DNA of 24,000 bases from Thermoproteota archaeon (GTDB taxonomy: Archaea > Thermoproteota > Nitrososphaeria_A > Caldarchaeales > Calditenuaceae), in contig JAUQPU010000001.1 in the NCBI GenBank assembly GCA_030550235.1, positions 232,040 to 256,039 of the forward strand. The letters are read 5' to 3'. Within the stretch, counting starts at the first letter, position 1. Each line of letters begins with the position of its first letter. Shown in pieces: positions 16,660 through 24,000 of this stretch. Made by a program: the position numbers and the translations under genes. Under the pieces are notes generated by a model. The model saw only the letters and a program-made list of their open reading frames with translations, had not been told where the DNA came from and ran no database searches.

Positions 16660-17136
16660 TTATCTATTGCTCAATTTATTTACCAGCTCCCTCGCCCTCT
16701 CTAGCACCCGTGAAATATTCCTCCAATGCCCGCCAACCCAATATTCTTGCCCACAATCCTCACATTTCCACCTATCACCCTGAAGAGGCTTGAGACGCCC
16801 GTTGCAGAGGGAGCAGAGTCTAAACTTGACCGTCAAGAACTCTTCATGAGGCGTGTCGAAGTGTGTCTCGAGGTAGTGGGCGATGTGAGATAGCTGGGCT
16901 TCTGTCCCGCTTAGGGGCAGGAGGATGGAGAGCCCACCCCTAGACAATACTCTCCTATGAAGCTCCGTGTCAGAGGTTAGGACTACACGCCCCTCCTCGG
17001 CGGCCCTATCTATAATCTCGTTATCTGTCTTGGGGTAGTATATCGTGTCGTATCCAAGCATTCTAAGCCAATGTGTTAACTTGCCGTGCATCGAGTTTGT
17101 GAGAAATTTAGGCTCGTGTGAGGCTTCCCTTCTCAA
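16660..17136 (-). CDS. Mut7-C / DUF82 protein (PIN-like domain plus C-terminal zinc ribbon)
   Basis: KFLTNSMHGKLTHWLRMLGYDT matches the Mut7-C N-terminal block. The C-terminus has a CSLCNG...CEDCG zinc ribbon followed by YWVGGHW. The TTG start overlaps the upstream CBS gene by 29 nt, so the start is uncertain. Confidence 0.8.
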   Translation of the reverse strand: MRREASHEPKFLTNSMHGKLTHWLRMLGYDTIYYPKTDNEIIDRAAEEGRVVLTSDTELHRRVLSRGGLSILLPLSGTEAQLSHIAHYLETHFDTPHEEFLTVKFRLCSLCNGRLKPLQGDRWKCEDCGQEYWVGGHWRNISRVLERARELVNKLSNR

Positions 17137-17686
17137 GCTCTAACCTGCACTCCTCGCAGACGTACTGGTCATCAATCCTTATCAGCATGTCGCTCCACTC
17201 CCCACATGAGTCGCAGTATCCTTCAAGATAGGACTCCCTCTTCAGGATAGGCCCTCCGCTCAGGTTAAACTGCTCCTTGATGACGGCTATAATGTCTGGA
17301 GTGATCTTGAGAACATCCTTAAGACTTATAATCCCCTGAACATTCCCCTTGTAGCTAACTATCAGCCTACTGATTCCCTGCCTATTCATCAGCCTGACAG
17401 CATCCTCTAGCGTCGCAGAGGGGTCGATAGTTACGAGGGGAGATGACATGATCTCCTCAATCTTCACCTCGCTGGGTTTCCTATCCAAAGCGACAACCTT
17501 CTCCACAAGGTCCCGCTTCGTCACGATGCCCACAGGCCTCCCATCCTTCCTCACCAGTATGCTGCTGATCCTGTACTTGGCCATCATAGCTGCGGCCATA
17601 TTAGCTGTGCTCTCTGCATCCAACTCGATGACAGGGCTTGTCATAACTTCTCTAACCGTTATCTCCTCGCTCAGGAATGGGCCCAT
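17108..17686 (-). CDS. CBS-pair domain protein with C-terminal zinc ribbon
   Basis: It has two CBS repeats (VREVMTSPVIELD...; IEEIMSSPLVTID...RLIV) and a C-terminal CDSCGEW...CEECR. I prefer the ATG at 17686 (MGPFLSEE...). The ORF-track start at 17821 overlaps the NFACT gene and adds non-domain sequence. Confidence 0.85.
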   Translation of the reverse strand: MGPFLSEEITVREVMTSPVIELDAESTANMAAAMMAKYRISSILVRKDGRPVGIVTKRDLVEKVVALDRKPSEVKIEEIMSSPLVTIDPSATLEDAVRLMNRQGISRLIVSYKGNVQGIISLKDVLKITPDIIAVIKEQFNLSGGPILKRESYLEGYCDSCGEWSDMLIRIDDQYVCEECRLELEKGSLTRA

Positions 17687-17786
17687 CCAATGAATCCATT
17701 GGGGAAGCCTGATAAAAATGTATCTAAGACCTATACACCCTGAGGTCGGCCAATATCGCTGACTTGTGAGGGAGTTTATCTCCACA

Positions 17787-19688
17787 TCATAAGGACCACC
17801 TAAGCAAGCGGCATCTCCCATATGGGATGAGGGATGTGAAGTCGCTTGGCCGCAGCTGGTTCTTGGGGAGGTTGAGCATCTCCTCGACCTTGGCAGCTAA
17901 CTCTTGTGATACTCTGGCAGCGTCCTCCTGGCCAGGAGACAAGACGACGTACACGGCCGCCTCTGATCCTACCCATTCCTCGGAGCCAACTATGGGTCCA
18001 AGCCTCTCCGAGTACCCAACACACACTTGCAGTGTGACTTGGATGTAGTTTTTGGGTGGCTTAACAATGAATGACCCCCGAGGAAGATACATACCCTGTG
18101 GTGGTGTGAAGCTTATCTGCTCAGGCCTCACCCAATAGACAGACACCGATGATAGACCATCGCGCCATGCGCGGCTAAATGATGCGCATATGCTGGCAGC
18201 CTCGCGAAGCTCCCCCTCCGCCGCGTCTGCTCCATTCTTTAGGAGAGTTACAGGTGAACCCCTCACCTCAGCATGTAACACGACATCATCATCTTCTAGA
18301 TGCTTCTTCAGGAGGCGGATGTTTGAGCTGGCGTCCCTCCCAAGCACAATAAGACGGCCAGAACTAGTCATGGACCACCGATACCTATGATACCACTCAG
18401 TTCCCCTCTTCCTAATCTGGACTGTCTCTACAACCTTAGACGTTAATTGTAGTGATGACCTGAGCTGTTTGAGCTTCTCCTCGAGTTTGACGACCTCGGC
18501 TAGGAGGTTCTCAACACCCTTCATAGTGGTTTTAGCGTTATTGTAGAGCTCATCTATCTGTTGCGTGATGGGCTCTCTGAGGCTGAGTTGTACCGTCCTC
18601 CCATCCAACTCAATGGTGACTAGGCCAGCCGCCCTATCTAGAGACTTCACTAAGCCGCTAGGGCCCCTCCCAGCCTTAATCTCCCCCCACCAATCCTTCA
18701 GCTCAGCAAGACGCATGTGGAGAAAGTCGGCCAGCTCCCGCGACTCCCGAGCTTTAAGCCTCAGCTGGTCTACTAAAGCCTTCTTCTCTTCCACCTCCCT
18801 TTCAACCCTCCTCACCTCCTCCTCAATCCTCCGCCTACGCTCCAGGTCACTAGCCTCCTTGAGATAAGACTCGTATACTAGGCTCACAGCCTCGTTCAGG
18901 CTTGTTGTGTGCACCATCTCAAGGCCCTGCGAGGAAAGATACATGAATGGGATTGGGGAGAATACGACATATCTGTCACCGGCCTTATACGCTGTGGGCT
19001 GGGGATTTTCGAGAAGCCTGATGAGGAACTCTACTCCGCTAGCAATCCTTATTTTCTCTTCCTCATTGAGGTCGGAGATTTTCCTGGATGGCTCGATACC
19101 AGCACGGGCCAGGACCTCGTTGGAGTATTTCGTGCCAAGCCCAAACTCTCTTGCAAGGGCAACCCCGACTTTGAGCCTCCCATCAACACTGGAGAGTAGT
19201 CCTAAAGCCTCCTCGCGGCTAGAGATTGTTTCCCTCCTAGCTGGCCAGGAGTAGGGTTCCCCCCTCTTGAGGCTGGTAGAGGCAACAATCACGCCACCCG
19301 CGTCTAGTAGGCTTAGACCTCCACCAGGGAAGACCTCGACTACGAGATAATATCTCTCCACACCTCTCTCGAACTGGAGCCTCGCTATCCTCTCACCTAT
19401 AACCTGCTCGGCAGACCTCACAGTATATCCCCTGAGGCTCCTTCTCAGTGTAGATGCCAGCCGGTCTAACTGGCCGTGAATTTGATAAACGCCGGGTGCT
19501 AGGAACAAGGCCTTTCCAGGCACTATCCTCAGATCCCGTACATCATCGCGGCCTGTAAGCCTAATTATATATGACGAGTCCAGCCCCCTATAGATCTGGG
19601 AGACATATCGGGGTAGGGATGCGTTAATCTCACCCAATAATACCCGGAGGTCTAGACTGTTTATCTCGAATCTTAGCTTCTCCGACAC
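17787..19688 (-). CDS. NFACT family protein (FbpA/Rqc2-NEMF homolog, COG1293)
   Basis: 633 aa with an N-terminal NFACT-N-like region, a central coiled coil (EEEVRRVEREVEEKKALVDQLRLKA), and a C-terminal DUF814/NFACT-R-like block (GRDASSNIRLLKKHLEDDDVVLHAEVRGSPV). It has a GTG start. Confidence 0.85.
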   Translation of the reverse strand: MSEKLRFEINSLDLRVLLGEINASLPRYVSQIYRGLDSSYIIRLTGRDDVRDLRIVPGKALFLAPGVYQIHGQLDRLASTLRRSLRGYTVRSAEQVIGERIARLQFERGVERYYLVVEVFPGGGLSLLDAGGVIVASTSLKRGEPYSWPARRETISSREEALGLLSSVDGRLKVGVALAREFGLGTKYSNEVLARAGIEPSRKISDLNEEEKIRIASGVEFLIRLLENPQPTAYKAGDRYVVFSPIPFMYLSSQGLEMVHTTSLNEAVSLVYESYLKEASDLERRRRIEEEVRRVEREVEEKKALVDQLRLKARESRELADFLHMRLAELKDWWGEIKAGRGPSGLVKSLDRAAGLVTIELDGRTVQLSLREPITQQIDELYNNAKTTMKGVENLLAEVVKLEEKLKQLRSSLQLTSKVVETVQIRKRGTEWYHRYRWSMTSSGRLIVLGRDASSNIRLLKKHLEDDDVVLHAEVRGSPVTLLKNGADAAEGELREAASICASFSRAWRDGLSSVSVYWVRPEQISFTPPQGMYLPRGSFIVKPPKNYIQVTLQVCVGYSERLGPIVGSEEWVGSEAAVYVVLSPGQEDAARVSQELAAKVEEMLNLPKNQLRPSDFTSLIPYGRCRLLRWSL

Positions 19689-19723
19689 CAGTATAGGGAT
19701 TCTCGGATGGTTTTTATCAAGGT

Positions 19724-20371
19724 TTAGTGGAGGGCCTGGAGCACGTGCTCGATGTAGTGGAGCTCAGGCAGGGCACCTTCAAACTCCACCTTATCGTTCA
19801 CCACAGTCTTCGGCACAGCCATCACACCATACTTCTGGCCGAGGTGGGGGAACTCGATCACCTCCACCATGTCGGCTACTATATTTGGGTTCTCGACGGC
19901 CATTTGATGAGCTATTCTGACGGCTCTCGGGCAGTAGGGACATGTCGGGGTCACGAAGACCTGTATGTGGAGAGGCTCCTTGACAGATTTCACCATCTCG
20001 ACGGCTTGAGGGGAGAGTCGAGACCGGCCTCTTGAGATGTCTATTATGTCCTCAATCAGTGTTAAGAACTCGTAACCGCTCGGGACCCCGAAGAACCTAA
20101 CCCACATAGGCCTCTCTCCTAAAAGGATGGTGGCTGGTATCTTGTCTATACGCCATGTCTCCGCCTTATCCCTGTCTCGTTCAAAGTCGTAGACCTCCAG
20201 CTTAAGAGCATCATTTAGCTCGGTCAACTCCTCTAGAAGTTGCCTAGTGACCTCGCAGTACTCACACTCGAAATTCTGTGTGAAATAGGCTATCCTGACC
20301 TGCGACTCTAACTCACTGTCAAGCTTCTTCTTGACAAACTCTCTATCACGCGGCTTAAGAATCGAACCCAC
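19724..20371 (-). CDS. Protein disulfide oxidoreductase (glutaredoxin-like, two thioredoxin folds)
   Basis: 215 aa with two CxxC sites (CEYC and CPYC). The architecture resembles the PDO of hyperthermophilic archaea. Confidence 0.9.
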   Translation of the reverse strand: MGSILKPRDREFVKKKLDSELESQVRIAYFTQNFECEYCEVTRQLLEELTELNDALKLEVYDFERDRDKAETWRIDKIPATILLGERPMWVRFFGVPSGYEFLTLIEDIIDISRGRSRLSPQAVEMVKSVKEPLHIQVFVTPTCPYCPRAVRIAHQMAVENPNIVADMVEVIEFPHLGQKYGVMAVPKTVVNDKVEFEGALPELHYIEHVLQALH

Positions 20372-20463
20372 AGGCGATATTTTATCGGGAGGAAGCCTAT
20401 AATGTTTTCTCCAAACACAGACCCGGCTAAGGATTAAATTGTGAAGAGTATATAGGGCTTTGA
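20372..20463. promoter_or_regulatory. Divergent promoter spacer between the PDO gene and atpI
   Basis: A 92 bp spacer with AT-rich boxes (gataaaatat and cattatagg on the minus strand; attaaatt and agtatatag on the plus strand). Confidence 0.35.
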
Positions 20464-22500
20464 ATGGTTGTCGAGCGGCTGCTGAAGGCGACAGTTATTG
20501 CGCCCTCAAGCAGGGCCCATGATCTGCTGAAGTCCCTACACCGCTTTGGGGAGTTCCACCCCATCGCCCGCGGGGACCAGAAAATAGCGGGGAGGCTTGA
20601 GCCTCTATATGAGAAGGCTAGGAGGATTTACTTGGAGCTCGAGGCAGCCGCTAGGGAGCTTGAGGTTGAGGCTGGGGGAGGAGTTATTGAGGTTCTCTTG
20701 AAGGGTGAGCCTGAGCCTGAGAGTTTGAGCGTAGGGGATGTGGAGGAACTTCTAGAGATGCTTTCAAGCAGGGCCCAGCCCATCCTCTCAGAGCTGAAGA
20801 GGCTTGACGATGAGCTTGAAGCTTTAAGGCCGAGAATAGAGAAGCTTGAGAGGGAGAGAGCTAGGCTCTCAATACACGTCCAACTTGGCATAGACTTCTC
20901 GCCGATATCGCGGCTAAAAAGCCTCTATGCCGTGGCCTTCATAGCATCGATCCGCGACGTAGAGGAGATAGCCAAGTCTCTTGATGACGCCGCAATAGCT
21001 CTTAAGACTCTGGAGAGGGGAAGCGCACTACTACTCGTAATCGCCAAGCCAATACATAGGGAGAAGATTGAGAGGATCATACGCTCATTCAACCTGATGC
21101 CTATCGAGGTGAGAGCCGAGGAGCCTCTTGACAAGCTTGCCGAGACGTTAAGGGAGGTTGAGGGGGAGCTGGCGAGGCTGAGGGCTGAGGTGGAGGCATT
21201 GAATGGGAGGAAGGGCAGGATTAGGTATGAGAGAGGTAGGGAGATTCTCTCTCTAAGGTCGCTTGCACAGGGTATAATTGAGGCTATTCAGAGGATGAGG
21301 GGGGAGACTGGGAAGCTCTTCGTCCTCGAGGGCTACGTCTCAGAGTCGCTTAGCGGCGAGCTTGTGAGGGAGGTGGGCAGAGTGGCGTATGTCCACTTAT
21401 CCACAACCAAGTACCATCACGACTCTGAGGAGAAGCCACCGACTAAGCTGAGAAACAACTGGATTACTGAGTCCTTCAAGCCTGTTACACTAATTCAAGG
21501 TCCACCCTCCTATTATGAAGTGGACCCTACACCACTTGTCTCAATCTTCCTCTCAATATTCTATGGTATCATGTTCGCAGACATGGGGCAGGGCCTTGTG
21601 CTGGCGCTTCTCGGCCTTATCCTCTCAGTCAGGGCTAGAAGTGCTCTGAGACTTTGGGGACGGTTGATAATGATATTGGGCGTCTCATCCACAGTTGCAG
21701 GGTTCCTCATACAGGAGGCTTTCGGGTTTAAGCTCTCACCAGTAACTGGCATGAAACCAATACTCGAGCTGGTTGAGCATCACGGAGAGTCTGCCATAAT
21801 CAGCACCGACGCTGTTGTTAAACTCTTCACATTCGCACCACTCCTCGGCTTCATACACGTCTCAATCGGCCTACTGATCTCAGCCTACATCCTTGCAAAG
21901 CATGGAGAGTTAGGTGAGGCAGTCTTCTCCAAGGCTGCTAGTCTTGGCATGTATGTCTCAGGACTACTTTTCGCCCTAGCATTCATCACGACCAGGGGCT
22001 TCGAGACCTTGCTCACCAATACTCAGCCAGTCCCCATCATAGGCATCCCAGCCAATCAGGCCGGGACCATAGGCATAATAGGTATACTGCTCAGCATGGT
22101 CCTCCTCGTGGGTGGTAGAATCGTAGGCTCCTTCACAGGCCTAATCCCAGGGGGAAGCATCTTGGGACACATTGGAACAGGGCTCCTCGAAATACTTGAG
22201 AACATTATCCACTTCATGTCAAACACACTCAGCTACCTCAGAATCTCTATACTCATGATCATACACGTGGCACTGATGCTTTTGATTAACTCCGCCTGGG
22301 AGGCCCTGGGCTTGGCTTCTCTTGGGATACTTGTGATTGGCAACATAGGGGTAATGGGGCTTGAAGGACTGCTCGTCTTCATACAGGCACTTAGGCTTCA
22401 TCTATACGAGTTCTTCAGCAAATTCTTCTCAGGTGAGGGCATACTCTTCAAGCCCCTCACACTCAACTCTGAGAGGATTAAGATCGTTTTCAGGGAATAA
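20464..22500 (+). CDS. atpI: A/V-type ATP synthase subunit I (a subunit, 116 kDa family)
   Basis: 678 aa. The N-terminal roughly 330 aa form a soluble coiled-coil-rich domain. The C-terminal half has multiple TM helices and the conserved LSYLRISILMIIHV arginine-containing helix. Confidence 0.9.
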   Translation: MVVERLLKATVIAPSSRAHDLLKSLHRFGEFHPIARGDQKIAGRLEPLYEKARRIYLELEAAARELEVEAGGGVIEVLLKGEPEPESLSVGDVEELLEMLSSRAQPILSELKRLDDELEALRPRIEKLERERARLSIHVQLGIDFSPISRLKSLYAVAFIASIRDVEEIAKSLDDAAIALKTLERGSALLLVIAKPIHREKIERIIRSFNLMPIEVRAEEPLDKLAETLREVEGELARLRAEVEALNGRKGRIRYERGREILSLRSLAQGIIEAIQRMRGETGKLFVLEGYVSESLSGELVREVGRVAYVHLSTTKYHHDSEEKPPTKLRNNWITESFKPVTLIQGPPSYYEVDPTPLVSIFLSIFYGIMFADMGQGLVLALLGLILSVRARSALRLWGRLIMILGVSSTVAGFLIQEAFGFKLSPVTGMKPILELVEHHGESAIISTDAVVKLFTFAPLLGFIHVSIGLLISAYILAKHGELGEAVFSKAASLGMYVSGLLFALAFITTRGFETLLTNTQPVPIIGIPANQAGTIGIIGILLSMVLLVGGRIVGSFTGLIPGGSILGHIGTGLLEILENIIHFMSNTLSYLRISILMIIHVALMLLINSAWEALGLASLGILVIGNIGVMGLEGLLVFIQALRLHLYEFFSKFFSGEGILFKPLTLNSERIKIVFRE

Positions 22501-22590
22501 TCCTTTTGGGAGCCCAGTCTAAACCCTAGACGCCGGCCCTTCTATTCTTGGAAATCAGGCATGCAAATATACTGCTTGGAGGGGGTTTAG

Positions 22591-23796
22591 ATGGTAGGTG
22601 ACTTGTTGGCGATTAGGGGCGGTAGCCCGGTTCGCTCTGAGCCTTTCCCGGGCTGGCCCATCTGGGGTAGGGAAGAGGAGGAGGCTCTTCTAGCGGCTTT
22701 AAGGTCAGGTATCTGGGGGGTTGGTGGCCAGCTGACCAGGCAGTTCGGCCAATCCTTCGCAAGCTACTCTGGATGCAGATATGGAATACCAATTATGAAT
22801 GGGACAACGGCGTTGAAGGTGGCGTTGAGGGCACTAGGGGTAGGCCCCAAGGACAAGGTGATCACGACACCCTACACGTTTGTCGCCACCTCATCCGCTA
22901 TTGTTGAGCTAGGAGCCATACCTGTTTATGTCGACGTCGCGGAGGGTGGTGTGAATATTGATTCTAAGCTCGTCTATGAGACAGTTGATGGAGGCTTTAA
23001 AGCCATTCTACCGGTTCATGTTGGTGGCCATCCTGTTGAGATGGACTTAATCGAGCAGGTGTCCCGGAGCTATGGTGTATCAGTGGTCGAGGATGCTGCA
23101 GAGGCTCATGGCGCTGAGTGGAGGGGGAGGAGGGCTGGGAGCCTGGGGGCTTTGGGCTGCTTCAGCTTCCAGTCAAGCAAAGTCATGACAAGCGGGGAGG
23201 GTGGGATCATAACTACGAATGACCCTGGGCTTGCGGAGACTTGTTCCTCTCTCGTAAACTGCGGCAGGAGCGCTGGAAGAGATTGGTATGAGAGTGATAT
23301 TCTGGGTTATAACTATAGAATGACCGAGTTCCAGGCCGCAATACTCCTTTGCCAGTTGAAGAGGCTTGATGCCGAGATTGAGAGGCGTCAAAGAAACTTT
23401 GAGGAACTGTTAAAGCTCTCCAGGGATCTGGAGGGATTCAGAATTATCCGCCCACACGAGAGAGCCAATAGGGTTCCACACTACCTTGTGATTGTCCAGG
23501 CAGACCGCGACTATTTCGGGAGGGTCTCCAAGGCGAGGATAGTGGATGCGCTTCGAGCCGAGGGCATACCCGTCTCCGTCGGCTGGCCGGTCCCACTTTA
23601 CCGCTACCCTCCCCTTAAGAGATACCTAGAGCTAAATGGCGCCAGGGTGGATCCAAGCGAGTTCCCTAACACAGAGAGGGCTGCGGCAGAGATATTCTTC
23701 ATACATCATAGAGTGCTGCTGGGTGGTTATAGGGAGGTGGAGGATGTTTACAAAGCGTTGAGGAAGATTGAACAGCACGTGGACGATGTGGTATGA
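22591..23796 (+). CDS. DegT/DnrJ/EryC1/StrS family PLP-dependent sugar aminotransferase
   Basis: 401 aa with NGTTALKVAL, VEDAAEAHGA and FSFQSSKVMTSGEGG (the PLP lysine context). A ggaggggg box lies upstream of the ATG. Confidence 0.9.
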   Translation: MVGDLLAIRGGSPVRSEPFPGWPIWGREEEEALLAALRSGIWGVGGQLTRQFGQSFASYSGCRYGIPIMNGTTALKVALRALGVGPKDKVITTPYTFVATSSAIVELGAIPVYVDVAEGGVNIDSKLVYETVDGGFKAILPVHVGGHPVEMDLIEQVSRSYGVSVVEDAAEAHGAEWRGRRAGSLGALGCFSFQSSKVMTSGEGGIITTNDPGLAETCSSLVNCGRSAGRDWYESDILGYNYRMTEFQAAILLCQLKRLDAEIERRQRNFEELLKLSRDLEGFRIIRPHERANRVPHYLVIVQADRDYFGRVSKARIVDALRAEGIPVSVGWPVPLYRYPPLKRYLELNGARVDPSEFPNTERAAAEIFFIHHRVLLGGYREVEDVYKALRKIEQHVDDVV

Positions 23797-24000
23797 ACCT
23801 AATAGTTTTTGAGGACGAGGCCTGGAGGAATTTCAAACAGCTCGCATATCTGAGGCCTGTATATAGATTGTTGACGGCGCGGGGAATAATAATAAAGAAC
23901 ATATTGAAGGTCTTCAACAACGCTAGCCTATACACCTATGCGAGGGACTATCTAAGCCGGGTCGAGCTTGAGCGTGACCCCACAGCCAAATTCAACACCA
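23793..24000 (+). CDS. Partial CDS (3' end outside the window), possibly a sugar nucleotidyltransferase-like protein
   Basis: The ATG overlaps the DegT stop (ATGA). There are 69 codons with no stop before the window edge. MNLIVFEDEAWRNFKQLAYLRPVYRLL resembles N-termini of GlmU/RfbA-like putative nucleotidyltransferases, but this is from memory and unverified. This ORF is absent from the ORF track because it has no stop. Confidence 0.5.
   Translation, partial: MNLIVFEDEAWRNFKQLAYLRPVYRLLTARGIIIKNILKVFNNASLYTYARDYLSRVELERDPTAKFNT

Noticed and set aside
17687-17821. An N-terminal extension of the CBS-domain ORF that overlaps the NFACT gene.
   Set aside because: The extension (MGDAACLGGPYDVEINS...) has no domain content and overlaps the 3' end of the upstream gene by 35 nt. 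The internal ATG at 17686 sits immediately before the first CBS repeat.
409-23935. About 40 short ORFs on the strand opposite, or in alternate frames, to long genes. Examples: 409..726, 1825..2088, 2922..3254, 4527..4784, 5364..5789, 11742..12065, 18565..18867, 20628..20891, 23699..23935.
   Set aside because: All are nested in or overlap well-supported CDSs. Their Ser/Pro/Arg/Thr-rich translations are typical of antisense shadows in moderately GC-rich coding DNA.
1-24000. CRISPR arrays, IS elements with terminal inverted repeats, and rRNA genes.
   Set aside because: Reading the window showed no regularly spaced direct repeats, no transposase-like ORF and no rRNA-like conserved stretches.

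Overview
This is an archaeal chromosomal window, crenarchaeote-like. The evidence is tRNA genes carrying two introns each, A/V-type ATPase subunit I, a two-CxxC protein disulfide oxidoreductase, an NFACT protein, AT-rich TATA-like boxes about 25-35 nt upstream of gene starts, and frequent GTG/TTG starts with 4-8 nt gene overlaps. From left to right the window contains: the 3' part of an acyl-CoA ligase; a [NiFe]-hydrogenase maturation cluster with hypE-hypC-hypD on the minus strand, divergent from hypF; and an atypical stretch of about 2.8 kb (6154-8935). That stretch consists of a roughly 750 bp gap with no credible ORF, a DUF169 gene whose 5' end appears frameshifted, and a low-GC orphan gene with a C-terminal PD-(D/E)xK nuclease-like motif. 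Next comes a three-tRNA cluster (Leu-UAA, Cys-GCA, Gly-GCC). The rest of the window holds an ABC-2 (NatAB-like) exporter pair, an anion-type ABC system (duplicated permease, ATPase, separate AAA-associated-domain protein), and a tightly packed minus-strand string (NFACT, CBS/Zn-ribbon, Mut7-C, AMMECR1, glycosyltransferase). It ends with a protein disulfide oxidoreductase, ATPase subunit I, a DegT-type aminotransferase and the start of a nucleotidyltransferase-like gene. I saw no CRISPR array, IS element, integrase or rRNA. The only region that looks accessory is 6154-8935. I cannot show that it is a complete novel system; the most defensible lead there is the standalone nuclease-like orphan gene beside decayed sequence and a tRNA cluster.
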